A stretch of DNA of 32,000 bases, from NCBI RefSeq assembly GCF_019798055.1, contig NZ_JAHOPH010000006.1, positions 133,097 through 165,096 of the forward strand. Reading direction: 5' to 3'. The position numbers were made by a program, and so were the translations under genes. The notes under the pieces are model-generated. The model saw only the letters and a program-made list of their open reading frames with translations, had not been told where the DNA came from and made no database searches. Positions 8,220 to 16,958 of this stretch are shown here, piece after piece (the first letter of the stretch is position 1; each line of letters opens with the position of its first letter). The stretch comes from Salsipaludibacter albus. Its GTDB lineage: Bacteria; Actinomycetota; Nitriliruptoria; Nitriliruptorales; Nitriliruptoraceae.

Positions 8220-8669
8220 TCAGACGCGCACGGACAGGAACCGGCCGACCAGGGCGGGCCGGTCGGAGTCCTCGATCTCGATCGTGACGTCCACGTGGAC
8301 CAGCAGTCCCCCCGCCTTCGGCTCGGTGTGGTCGAGCCGCCCGACGGCCCGCACGCGGCTGCCCACCGGGACCGGGGCCGGCAGGCGGACCCGGTCCAGG
8401 CCGTAGTTGATGCCCATCGCCGCGTCCGGCACGGTCATCAGTCCACCGAGCAGCGACGGCAGCATGGCCAGCGTCCAGAAGCCGTGCGCGATCGTGCCAC
8501 CGAACATCCCGTCGGCGGCCCGCTCGGGATCGACGTGGATCCACTGGTGGTCGTCGGTCGCGTCGGCGAAGCGGTCGACGAGGTCCTGGGTCACATCGAT
8601 CCACTCCGAGGCGCCCAGGTCGACGTCGGCAGCGGTGGCGAGTTCATCCATGGTCATGGTGACGGGCAT
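8220..8669 (-). CDS. MaoC-family (R)-specific enoyl-CoA hydratase/dehydratase
   Basis: AGGGAG lies 8 nt upstream of ATG 8669. Hot-dog fold motifs: [26 protein letters not shown]. Only the last 149 codons of the 829-aa track ORF are coding. Confidence 0.85.
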   Translation of the reverse strand: MPVTMTMDELATAADVDLGASEWIDVTQDLVDRFADATDDHQWIHVDPERAADGMFGGTIAHGFWTLAMLPSLLGGLMTVPDAAMGINYGLDRVRLPAPVPVGSRVRAVGRLDHTEPKAGGLLVHVDVTIEIEDSDRPALVGRFLSVRV

Positions 8670-8764
8670 CGGGTCGGCTCCCTGGTCGGGCACGGGGACC
8701 ACGACCCTAGAGCGAGGTGGCGTGCATCGCCCCGGACGTCGGCAACCACACCGGAGGCGGCCAG

Positions 8765-8770
8765 TAGGCT
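8765..8770 (+). promoter_or_regulatory. Candidate -10 hexamer (TAGGCT) placed for a leaderless transcript of the HAD gene
   Basis: A TAnnnT hexamer ends 7 nt before ATG 8778 with no SD sequence. The geometry is the same as at 5926-5941. Confidence 0.3.
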
Positions 8771-8777
8771 CCGGCAC

Positions 8778-9545
8778 ATGACCCGTCGACACTTCCTGTT
8801 GGACATGGACGGCGTCCTGGTGCGGGGTGCGACTCCCGTTCCCGGGGCCGCCGAGTTCCTCGCACGCCTGGACGCCGCCGGCAGGCGCTACCTCGTGCTG
8901 ACCAACAACCCGCTGTACACGCCCCAGGACCTGTCGCACCGGCTGCGCACCGGGGGGTTCGACGTCCCGGCCGACCGGATCTTCACGTCGGCGATGGCGA
9001 CCGCCCGCTTCCTGGCCGACCAGCGTCCGGGTGGCAAGGCCTTCGTGATCGGCGACTCGGGCCTGACCACCGCCCTGCACCAGGCCGGCTACGTCATCAC
9101 CGACATCGAGCCCGACTACGTCGTGCTCGGCGAGTCGCACGAGATGACCTTCTCGTCGGTGTCCACCGCCGTCCAGCTGCTGGTCGACGGGGCCCTGTTC
9201 GTCGCCACGAACCCCGACACCGCCGGGCCGACCGAGCGGGGGATCGTGCCCGCGGCGGGTGCCGTCGCCGCGATGATCAGTGCCGCCACCGGCGTGTCGC
9301 CCTACGTGGTCGGCAAGCCCAACCCGTTCATGTTCCGGGCCGCGCTCAACCACCTCGACGTGCACTCCGAGGACACCTACATGGTCGGGGACAACCTCCT
9401 GACCGACATCAAGGGTGGGCTCGAGGCCGGCATGGAGACCGTGCTGGTCATGAGTGGCATGACCGGGCCCGACGACGCGCTGGCACGCTCTCCCTACCAA
9501 CCACACCACGTCGTCGAGTCCGTGGCCGAGATCGAGCTCGGCTGA
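8778..9545 (+). CDS. HAD-IIA family hydrolase (NagD-like sugar phosphatase)
   Basis: N-terminal FLLDMDGVL nucleophile motif, LTNN, GKPNP and [10 protein letters not shown] motifs. Confidence 0.85.
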   Translation: MTRRHFLLDMDGVLVRGATPVPGAAEFLARLDAAGRRYLVLTNNPLYTPQDLSHRLRTGGFDVPADRIFTSAMATARFLADQRPGGKAFVIGDSGLTTALHQAGYVITDIEPDYVVLGESHEMTFSSVSTAVQLLVDGALFVATNPDTAGPTERGIVPAAGAVAAMISAATGVSPYVVGKPNPFMFRAALNHLDVHSEDTYMVGDNLLTDIKGGLEAGMETVLVMSGMTGPDDALARSPYQPHHVVESVAEIELG

Positions 9546-9570
9546 CGACCGGCGTGGGGCGAGGACATCC

Positions 9571-10626
9571 GTGAGCCTGCCACCGACCGAGGACGTGCCC
9601 GACCAGCCCGGGCCCGGCTGGCCCGGCATCCCCCGGGACGGTGTCGAGCTGGCGCTGGTCACGCGGTCGGGGTTCGTGGAGTCCCGCCACCACGGCCACG
9701 CCGTGGTCACCGCGCCGGACGGGCACGTGGTGACGGCGCTCGGGCAGGCCGACGCCACCATGGACCCACGGTCGTCGCTCAAGCCACTCCAGGCCGCGGG
9801 CTGCCTGCTCGTGGGCGCCGACCTGCACGGCCCGGCCCTGGCGATCGGGGCCGGCAGCCACCGGGGCCATCCCGACCACCTCGACCTGGTCGCGGAGGTG
9901 CTGGCAGCGAGTGGGCTGGACGAGGACGACCTGCAGTGTCCCCCGGCCCTGCCGTCCGAGCCGTGGGCCTCCGAGGACCTCCTGCGCGCGGGGGGCGGGC
10001 CTCGACGTCTCGCGATGAACTGCTCCGGCAAGCACGCGGCGATGCTGACCGCCTGCCGGGCCGGCGACCTCGACCGTGCCACCCATCTCGAGCCCGACCA
10101 CCCGCTCCAGCAGCGCATCCGCGGCGTCGTCGAGCAGGTCACCGGCGTCACGGCGGGCACGGTCGGGATCGACGGGTGTGGCGCGCCGCTGTTCGCCACG
10201 AGCCTGGTCGGCCTGGCACGCGCGATCGGACGCGTGGGGGCGGCCGGCGCGGGCGAACCCGGCCCCACCGCGGGTCTCCACGAGGAGGTCGTCGATGCCC
10301 TGGGACGGGTCGCCCGGGCCATGCGTGCCCATCCGTGGGCCGTCGCGGGCATCGGCGCGGACGACACGATGGTCATGGAACAGCTCGACGGCGTGGTGGC
10401 CAAGGGTGGGGCGGAGGGCGTGCTGGCGCTGGGCACTGCCGACGGATTCGGCGTGGCGGTCAAGATCGCGGACGGGTCGAGCCGGGCCACCGTGCCCGTG
10501 GGGCTGGCACTGTTGACGGCGGCGGGCATCGACGCGACCGACCTCGCCGACGCGCTGGCGCCCCGGACCCTGGGAGGTGGCCTGCCGGTCGGCCGGGTCC
10601 ACGCCGCGCCCGGCGTGACGGCCTGA
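9571..10626 (+). CDS. Asparaginase-II family protein
   Basis: GAGGA lies 5 nt upstream of GTG 9571. Motifs RSSLKPLQA, NCSGKHAAML and GIDGCGAP are characteristic of the Asparaginase_II family. Confidence 0.8.
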   Translation: MSLPPTEDVPDQPGPGWPGIPRDGVELALVTRSGFVESRHHGHAVVTAPDGHVVTALGQADATMDPRSSLKPLQAAGCLLVGADLHGPALAIGAGSHRGHPDHLDLVAEVLAASGLDEDDLQCPPALPSEPWASEDLLRAGGGPRRLAMNCSGKHAAMLTACRAGDLDRATHLEPDHPLQQRIRGVVEQVTGVTAGTVGIDGCGAPLFATSLVGLARAIGRVGAAGAGEPGPTAGLHEEVVDALGRVARAMRAHPWAVAGIGADDTMVMEQLDGVVAKGGAEGVLALGTADGFGVAVKIADGSSRATVPVGLALLTAAGIDATDLADALAPRTLGGGLPVGRVHAAPGVTA

Positions 10627-11693
10627 TGCGTCGTACCTGGGTGTCGGTGACCCTGACCGTCCTCGCAGCGCTGGCGACCCTGCTCGCGACCGTGGGCTGG
10701 TGGGTGCACGCCACGTTGCTCGACACGGACCGGTTCATGGCGTTGGTCGACCCGATCGTGACGTCACCGGCGACCGGCGAGGCCGTCGGGGACCGGGTCA
10801 CCGACGAGCTCTTCACGGCCCTGGACCTGGAGGAGCGGGTCGCGACCTCACTGGGCGAGGTCGACGCCTGGTTGCGCTCCGGGATCGCCGACCTGCTCGA
10901 CCTCGACCCGGAGGGACCGGTCGCCCAGCGGCTCCCCGACGGGCCCGAACTGGCCGCGCTGACACCCGCGCTGGTCGCGGCCGCTCGGGAACGGGTCTCG
11001 GACCGGGTCACGCTCGCGGTCGAGCGTCCGCGCTTCCGGTCGGCGCTGGAGCAGTCGGTGCGCTCGGCCCACGTGGCCACCGTGGCCGTGCTGCGCGAGG
11101 ACCAGGCGGCCCTCCCCGAGGCGGTGGTCGTCGACGGCGACGTCACCCTGGACCTGCGACCCCTGGTGGAGACGGCCCTGGCACCGGTGGTGCGCGACAC
11201 GGCCGACCTGCTCGGACTCGAGCCCGGGTCGATCCCCGACGACCTGCGGCTGGACGACCTGGCCGCGCGACTTGGCGTCGAGGTGGACCCGGACGTCGCG
11301 ACGATCGTGCTGGTGGAGGAGGAGCAGCTCGCTCCCTGGCGGGGCGCCGTGTCGACCTTCGACCGGCTGGTCTGGGTCCTGGTCGCCGTGGCCGTCCTGC
11401 TCGCCGCCGCGGCCCTGTGGACTGCCCCCCGACGCTCCCGGGCGACGCTGTGGCTGGGCCTGGCCGTGGCCGTCGCGCTGGCCGCCACCTTCCCACTCCT
11501 GGCGGTCCTCTCCGACGTGCTGCTGGGTCGGCTGGCCGGTGCCGGGGCTCGGGACACGCTCGCCGCAGTGCTCGCCGCCGCCACGTCCGACCTGCGGTGG
11601 GCGGCCGGCATCATCATCGTCGCCGCCCTGCTCGTGGCGGGTGCAGCGCTGGTGGTCGGCCGTCGCGAGGAGGACGTGCCGGCCGTCGCCTGA
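10626..11693 (+). CDS. Hypothetical integral membrane protein
   Basis: The ATG overlaps the upstream TGA (TGATG at 10624-10628). One N-terminal TM helix, a ~230-aa acidic Ala/Leu/Asp-rich domain, and about 3 C-terminal TM helices. I recognise no family. Confidence 0.65.
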   Translation: MRRTWVSVTLTVLAALATLLATVGWWVHATLLDTDRFMALVDPIVTSPATGEAVGDRVTDELFTALDLEERVATSLGEVDAWLRSGIADLLDLDPEGPVAQRLPDGPELAALTPALVAAARERVSDRVTLAVERPRFRSALEQSVRSAHVATVAVLREDQAALPEAVVVDGDVTLDLRPLVETALAPVVRDTADLLGLEPGSIPDDLRLDDLAARLGVEVDPDVATIVLVEEEQLAPWRGAVSTFDRLVWVLVAVAVLLAAAALWTAPRRSRATLWLGLAVAVALAATFPLLAVLSDVLLGRLAGAGARDTLAAVLAAATSDLRWAAGIIIVAALLVAGAALVVGRREEDVPAVA

Positions 11694-11715
11694 GCCCCGC
11701 TGGGCCGGGCGGGGC
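11694..11715. terminator. Stem-loop between convergent genes
   Basis: GCCCCGC (11694-11700) and GCGGGGC (11709-11715) form a 7-bp stem with an 8-nt loop, directly after the stop at 11693. There is no clear U-tract. Confidence 0.35.
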
Positions 11716-11734
11716 CGGCGCCCGAGTGGCGTGG

Positions 11735-12016
11735 TCAGCGCGGGAAGGGTTCGGGACGGTCGGGCTCCGGCTGTGGGTCCGGGGTCGGGACCGGGTCCGG
11801 CACGGGCTGGGGATCGGGCACGGGCGTCGGGGTCGGGTCGGGCATGGGGTCCGGATCCGGGGTCGGCATCGGATCGGGAGTCGGCATCGGGTCCGGTGAC
11901 GGCATCGGGTCCGGAACCGGGTTGGGCATGGGATCCGGGACCGGGTTGGGCATCGGGCCGGGCGTCGGCGCCGGCGGCTGCGGAGTCGCGGTGGTCTGCG
12001 GGTGCGGGGTGGCCAT
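11735..12016 (-). CDS. Hypothetical 93-aa proline-rich repeat protein (PDPMP-type repeats)
   Basis: GAGGAG lies 7 nt upstream of ATG 12016. Third-codon positions are mostly G/C in this frame. The translation MATPHPQTTATPQPPAPTPGPMPNPVPDPMPNPVPDPMPSPDPMPTPDPMPTPD... has no hydrophobic segment or signal peptide. Coding status is uncertain because the repeat keeps several frames open. Confidence 0.4.
   Translation of the reverse strand: MATPHPQTTATPQPPAPTPGPMPNPVPDPMPNPVPDPMPSPDPMPTPDPMPTPDPDPMPDPTPTPVPDPQPVPDPVPTPDPQPEPDRPEPFPR
11756..11962. repeat. Imperfect tandem repeat (18-24 nt periods)
   Basis: For example, the 24-nt units TCCGGAACCGGGTTGGGCATGGGA (11910-11933) and TCCGGGACCGGGTTGGGCATCGGG (11934-11957) are 22/24 identical. 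They are flanked by shorter GGCATCGG-type units. Confidence 0.6.
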
Positions 12017-12111
12017 GGATCCACTCCTCGTCGGGGTGCACCATCGTCGGGGGGGACGTCACCGTTCGCCACGGCCGTTCGACACCCCGGCCCACCGGCG
12101 CCCACCGGGCC

Positions 12112-15012
12112 TCAGCGCGGACGCAGCACCTCGGCCAGGTGACGGGCCCGTCGCGAGCCCAGGGCCGCGACCTGGGTCCGACAGGAGAACCCGTCCGCCA
12201 GCACGACGGCGTCGCGCGGCGCGGCCTCGAGCGCCGGGAGGAGTTGCAGGCCGGCGACCTCCAAGGACAGGTCGTGGTGGCCCTGCTCCATCCCCCAGTT
12301 GCCGGCCAGTCCGCAGCACCCACCGACCACCACCAGGTCCGCCCCGGTGGCCGCCAGGAGGGCCCGGTCCGCCGCGAAGCCCATCACGGCGTGGTGGTGG
12401 CAGTGTGGCTGCACGACCAGGGTGCGACCGTCCAGCCGTGGTGGCGTCCAGTCCGGACGCCGCGCGGCGAGCACCTCCGCCAGCGTCCGCGCCCGGGCCG
12501 CCACGCTCCGGGCGGCGTCGTCGCCCTCGAGGAGGTCGACGAGGTCGTCGCGCAGCACGGCGACGCAGGACGGCTCGACACCGACGATCGGCGCGTCACC
12601 GCCGCCGTGGCGGGACAGGACCTCGACCGTGGACCGCAGCCGGATGCGCGCCTCGTCGAGTTGGCCCGTGCTGATCCAGGTCAGCCCACAACAGGCGTCG
12701 TCGGTGACGACCTCGACCTCGTGGCCAGCGGCCACCAGCACCTCCAGGGTCGCGACGGCGGCCTCCGGGGCGAAGTGGTCGGTGAACGAGTCGACCCACA
12801 GGACGACCGGGCCAGCGCCGGGGACCGTGCTCGCGGCGCGACGCACCTCCGGCCGCACCAGTGGTCCACCTGCCGCCCGTCGCCGGGCCAGGCTCTCGCG
12901 GAAGGTGGTCGACGCGAACGACGGGAGCGCCCGACGGGGGTCGATGCCGGCGACCCGACGTGCCACCGACGACACCATCGGCAGGTCCAGGACCGCGTTG
13001 GCCACGCCCGGTGCCAGCGCCGCGAGGTCGGACCATCGTGGCAGCGCACCCAGCAGGTGGTGGCTGCGCGGTCGTCGTCCCTCGCGGTGGCGGCGGTGCA
13101 GCACCTCGGCCTTCAGGCGGGCCATGTCGACGCCGGTCGGGCAGTCCGACGCGCAGCCCTTGCAGGCCAGGCACAGGTCGAGCGCCTCGTCCACCTCGGG
13201 GCTGGCCCATCCCCCGGTGACCACCTCGCCGCGGAGCATCTCCTGGAGGACGTGGGCCCGCCCACGGGTCGAGTCGAGCTCGCGACCGGTCGCCTGCCAG
13301 GACGGACACATGACCGTCCCGGTGCCCGCCCGGTCCGCGACGCAGGCACCGACCCCCGTGCAGCGGTGCGCCGCCGCGGTGACGTCACCACCGTCGGCCG
13401 TGAAGGCGAAGCCGTCGGTCGCCGGCACGGGCGCGGCGCCATCGGCACGCAGGTCCGCCGTCAGCCGCGCCGGGGTCGCCAGCACCCCGGGGTTGAGCAG
13501 GCCCTCGGGGTCGAACGCGTGCTTGAAGGCGGTCATGGCGGCCAGCGCGTCCGGCGAGTACATCCTGGCCAGCAGGTCACTGCGGGCACGACCGTCGCCG
13601 TGCTCACCGGACAGCGAGCCACCGTGGGCGACGGCCAGGTCGGCGGCGCGCCGGACGAACCGGGCGTACAGATCCAGACCGTCCGGCTCGCGCAGGGGGA
13701 AGTCCAGCCGCACGTGCACGCAGCCCTCGCCCATGTGCCCGTAGGGCAACCCGGTGAGCCCGAACTCGTCGAGCAGATCGTCGAAGGCCCGCAGGTAGTC
13801 GCCCAGCCCCTCCGGGGGCACCGCTGCGTCCTCCCACCCGGCATGGGCGGGACGGCCCGACGGTGCCACCGCGGCCAGGCCGGCACCGTCCTCGCGAATC
13901 CGCCAGATCCGCGCCACCTGCACCGGGTCGTTCACCACGACTGCCGGTCCTCCCGCCGCAGCGACCAGGCGCCGGGCGCGGTCGTCGACCTCGCCGAGGT
14001 CGTCGCCGGCCAGCTCGACCAGCAGCCAGGCACCGCCCGCCGGGAGCGGCGGGACCGACTCGGGACCACGGCGTCGTCGCAGTGCGTCGGTGATGCGGGT
14101 GTCGAGCCCCTCGACCGCGACCGGGTCGAAGTCCAGCACGTCGACGACCGTGTCGGCCGCGCTCGGCATGTCCGGGTGCCCCACGACCACCAGGCGCGTG
14201 TGGTCGGGTGCCGCGACCAGCTCGACCTCGGCGGCCACGACGATCCCGAGCGTGCCCTCGCTGCCCACGAACGCCCTGGCCAGGTGTGGTCCGCCGTCCC
14301 CGAGCAGGTGCTGCAACCCGTAGCCCGACGCCTGGCGGGTGAAACGGCCGAACTCGTCGGCGATGACGTCGCCGTGGCGATCGCGCAGGGCCACCACGTC
14401 GTCCACCAGCCGCGCTGCCCGGGCCGCCGACCCCGCACCGTCGCCGGTGGCCGCGTCGGCCCCACGCCCCAGTCGCACCCGGGTCCCGTCGGCCAGCACG
14501 ACGTCCAGGGTGACGACCTGGTCGACGGTGCGTCCGTAGCCCAGCGCCCGGGACCCGCACGCGTTGTTGCCGATCATCCCGCCCAGCGTGGCGCGGTCGT
14601 GGCTGGACGGGTCCGGTCCGAACCGCAGGCCGTGGGGTGCGGCAGCCCGCTGCAGGTGGTCCAGGACCACCCCCGGCTCAACGATCGCGCGCCCGCCGCC
14701 GTCCGCGGTCGAGGTGACGTCGACGATGTCGTCCAGGTGGCGGGAGCAGTCCAGGACCACGCCGGCACCGACCGCATTGCCGGCGATGCTGGTGCCCGCC
14801 CCCCGACCCGTGAGCGGGACCCCCAGCTCGCGACAGGTCTGCACGGTCGCGACCACGTCGTCGGCGTCCCGTGGGGCCACGACCACCCGGGGCACCACGC
14901 GGTACAGCGAGGCATCGGCGGCGTGGGTCGCCCGGGTGGCCGGGGAGCCGTCCACGTCGGCCACGCCGGCCCGGCGCAGCCGGTCGGCGAGCTCGGTCGG
15001 TGGTGGGGTCAC
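12112..15012 (-). CDS. FAD-binding and (Fe-S)-binding oxidoreductase (GlcD-like domain fused to a GlcF/CCG-type domain; YdiJ-like 2-hydroxyacid dehydrogenase)
   Basis: The GTG at 15012 overlaps the upstream stop (GTGA). FAD-binding region: VVVAPRDADDVVATVQTCRELGVPLTGRGAGTSIAGNAVG. Ferredoxin-type motif CLACKGCASDCPTG. Two CCG motifs, DDACCGLTW and GGCCGLAGNWG. The product is 966 aa, and the further 405 upstream codons in the track ORF are not part of it. Confidence 0.85.
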   Translation of the reverse strand: MTPPPTELADRLRRAGVADVDGSPATRATHAADASLYRVVPRVVVAPRDADDVVATVQTCRELGVPLTGRGAGTSIAGNAVGAGVVLDCSRHLDDIVDVTSTADGGGRAIVEPGVVLDHLQRAAAPHGLRFGPDPSSHDRATLGGMIGNNACGSRALGYGRTVDQVVTLDVVLADGTRVRLGRGADAATGDGAGSAARAARLVDDVVALRDRHGDVIADEFGRFTRQASGYGLQHLLGDGGPHLARAFVGSEGTLGIVVAAEVELVAAPDHTRLVVVGHPDMPSAADTVVDVLDFDPVAVEGLDTRITDALRRRRGPESVPPLPAGGAWLLVELAGDDLGEVDDRARRLVAAAGGPAVVVNDPVQVARIWRIREDGAGLAAVAPSGRPAHAGWEDAAVPPEGLGDYLRAFDDLLDEFGLTGLPYGHMGEGCVHVRLDFPLREPDGLDLYARFVRRAADLAVAHGGSLSGEHGDGRARSDLLARMYSPDALAAMTAFKHAFDPEGLLNPGVLATPARLTADLRADGAAPVPATDGFAFTADGGDVTAAAHRCTGVGACVADRAGTGTVMCPSWQATGRELDSTRGRAHVLQEMLRGEVVTGGWASPEVDEALDLCLACKGCASDCPTGVDMARLKAEVLHRRHREGRRPRSHHLLGALPRWSDLAALAPGVANAVLDLPMVSSVARRVAGIDPRRALPSFASTTFRESLARRRAAGGPLVRPEVRRAASTVPGAGPVVLWVDSFTDHFAPEAAVATLEVLVAAGHEVEVVTDDACCGLTWISTGQLDEARIRLRSTVEVLSRHGGGDAPIVGVEPSCVAVLRDDLVDLLEGDDAARSVAARARTLAEVLAARRPDWTPPRLDGRTLVVQPHCHHHAVMGFAADRALLAATGADLVVVGGCCGLAGNWGMEQGHHDLSLEVAGLQLLPALEAAPRDAVVLADGFSCRTQVAALGSRRARHLAEVLRPR

Positions 15013-15560
15013 TGGTCGCAGATCCCGCCGGGTTCCCGACGGCCACCACAGGTGTCCCCGAACTCCTCGTACTCCGACCCGAACGGGGCCTGGAAGTACA
15101 GGTCGTCGCAGGCGCCCATGTCGCCGCCCTCGCAGTCGTCCCACAGGCCGTCCAGCACCGGGTCGTCGCCGTAGGAGGCCGACCCGTCGAACTCGATGGT
15201 CCCGCCCTCGTCGATGTCGAAGTTCACCTCGGCGTCGCCGACCGATCGGAACAGCACGAACAACCCGATCGCCCCGAGCGCCATCAGCACCACGAACACC
15301 AGGGCGACGACGAGCACCACTCGCCCACAGCCGGAATTGCCCGACCCGGATCCGGCCGCCGGAGTCGCGCCGGCCGACAGGTCGGGCGCGGGGGGCGGGG
15401 TCCCCGGGCCGGGTCGAGTCGTGCCGGCGGTGGCGGGACCGGTGGTCGGGGGAGGGGTCACGGGCCAGTCCCAGCCGGCCACGGCCCCGCAGTGGGGGCA
15501 GGCGCCCTCGGCGGGCCGCAGTCGGCCGCACTCGCCACAGGTGTGCGCACCCTCGTCCAT
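15009..15560 (-). CDS. Zinc-ribbon membrane protein with an acidic four-Cys C-terminal domain (hypothetical)
   Basis: GAGGAG lies 6 nt upstream of ATG 15560. CGECG...CPHCG zinc ribbon, Pro/Thr/Gly linker, one TM helix (VVLVVALVFVVLMALGAIGLFVLF), then DDCEGGDMGACDDLY...GDTCGG...GGICDQ. Confidence 0.7.
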   Translation of the reverse strand: MDEGAHTCGECGRLRPAEGACPHCGAVAGWDWPVTPPPTTGPATAGTTRPGPGTPPPAPDLSAGATPAAGSGSGNSGCGRVVLVVALVFVVLMALGAIGLFVLFRSVGDAEVNFDIDEGGTIEFDGSASYGDDPVLDGLWDDCEGGDMGACDDLYFQAPFGSEYEEFGDTCGGRREPGGICDQ

Positions 15561-15712
15561 GGTCGGCTCCTCGACATCGGTGGCCGTGAGGATCGGCGCC
15601 CGGCTCCCCGACGACGCCCCTGCGGGACTCTAGGACGACTGCCCGGATCCCGCCCGGCGCCGACCGGGCAGGCAGTACCGTCGGCGGCCCGATCCGGCTC
15701 ACGGGAGGCCCC

Positions 15713-16909
15713 ATGGACCACGACGACATCGCCGTGCGCGAGCGCCTCGACGAGGCAGTCGACCGCCTGGTGGCCGAGCACCCGCCCGCGTCGACGTCCT
15801 CCGAGGAGTTCTGGGGGGCCCAGTACGACGCCGGGCTGGCCTGGGTGCACCACCCCGAGGGCAAGGGTGGGCTCGGCGTGTCACCGCGGTGGCTGCCGCA
15901 CGTGCGTGAACGACTGCACGCCGCGGGTGCCGACCAGGACAACATCCGGATGAACATCATCGGGATCGGCATGGGTGCCGGCACCCTGGTCGCCCACGCC
16001 CCGGAGTCCATGCAGGACCGGATGCTGCGCCCGATGTTCACCATGGAGGAGATCTGGTGCCAGCTGTTCTCCGAGCCCGGTGCCGGATCGGACCTGGCCA
16101 ACCTGTCCACCTCGGCCGTCCCCGAAGGTGACCAGTGGGTCGTCAACGGCCAGAAGGTGTGGACGACCCTCGCCCACATCTCCCGCTGGGGGATGCTCGT
16201 GACCCGCACGGACCCGTCCGCGCCCAAGCATCGTGGTCTGACCTACTTCATCCTGGACATGGAGGCCCCGGGCGTCGAGGTCCGCCCGCTCCACCAGATC
16301 ACCGCCGAGGCCGAGTTCAACGAGGTCTACCTCGACGACGTCCACGTCGACGACGACATGCGCCTGGGCGAGGTGGGCGGGGGCTGGTCGGTTTCGATGA
16401 CCACGCTCATGAACGAGCGGGTCGCCATCGGGGGCGGCGTGCCACCCCGTGGGTCCGGATCGATCGCCACCGCCCTGCAGGTGTGGGAGGAGCGTGGCCA
16501 CGACGACCCGGTGCTGCGTGACCGGCTGACCGAGCTGTGGATCGAGGCCGAGGCCCTGCGGCTGACCTCGCAACGCGCTGCCGACGCCCGCACCGCCGGC
16601 ACCCCCGGGCCGGAGGGCTCCACCTCCAAGCTCCACTGGGCCGAGCTCAACAAGGACCTCACCAGCTTCACGATGGAACTGCTCGAGGGGGACGGGATGC
16701 TGTACCCGGGTGGCTACGAGCTGCACGCCCCGACCAGCCGGGCGGAACGCGAGTCCACGCCGCAGAAGGCGTTCCTGCGGGCCCGGGCGAACTCGATCGA
16801 GGGCGGCACCTCCCAGATCATGAAGAACATCCTCGGCGAGCGGGTGCTGGGCCTGCCCGGCGAGCCGCGCGTCGACAAGGACCTGCCGTGGAAGGACGTG
16901 GCCCGGTGA
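15713..16909 (+). CDS. Acyl-CoA dehydrogenase
   Basis: GGGAGG lies upstream. ACAD middle-domain motifs (WCQLFSEPGAGSDLA, QWVVNGQKVWTT) and the C-terminal ANSIEGGTSQIMKNILGERVLGLP with the canonical Glu. Confidence 0.9.
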   Translation: MDHDDIAVRERLDEAVDRLVAEHPPASTSSEEFWGAQYDAGLAWVHHPEGKGGLGVSPRWLPHVRERLHAAGADQDNIRMNIIGIGMGAGTLVAHAPESMQDRMLRPMFTMEEIWCQLFSEPGAGSDLANLSTSAVPEGDQWVVNGQKVWTTLAHISRWGMLVTRTDPSAPKHRGLTYFILDMEAPGVEVRPLHQITAEAEFNEVYLDDVHVDDDMRLGEVGGGWSVSMTTLMNERVAIGGGVPPRGSGSIATALQVWEERGHDDPVLRDRLTELWIEAEALRLTSQRAADARTAGTPGPEGSTSKLHWAELNKDLTSFTMELLEGDGMLYPGGYELHAPTSRAERESTPQKAFLRARANSIEGGTSQIMKNILGERVLGLPGEPRVDKDLPWKDVAR

Positions 16910-16958
16910 GCACGGACCCCACCTCCCTGCCACAGCCCTCCCTGCCGGAGCACACACC

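Noticed and set aside
8670-10709. N-terminal ~680 codons of the 829-aa minus-strand ORF that ends in the MaoC gene
   Set aside because: Only the last 149 codons carry the MaoC hot-dog motifs and an SD-preceded ATG. The remainder is antisense to the HAD and asparaginase-II genes.
11844-12674. Gly-rich (GSGVGIGSG) plus-strand ORF across the tandem repeat
   Set aside because: It would have to run about 560 nt antisense into the FAD/Fe-S gene, and it has no SD sequence. The minus-strand Pro-rich frame has a strong GAGGAG-N7-ATG. I keep it only as an alternative reading in the Pro-rich finding.
11272-15174. 1300-aa plus-strand ORF
   Set aside because: It is antisense to the FAD/Fe-S oxidoreductase and the Pro-rich ORF. 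Its composition is Arg/Gly/Pro junk, with no start context. It is a G+C artefact.
15013-16227. 5' extension of the FAD/Fe-S ORF to 1371 aa
   Set aside because: The extension is out of frame with, and overlaps, the well-supported zinc-ribbon gene, and it is antisense to the acyl-CoA dehydrogenase. The GTGA overlap at 15009-15012 gives a natural start.
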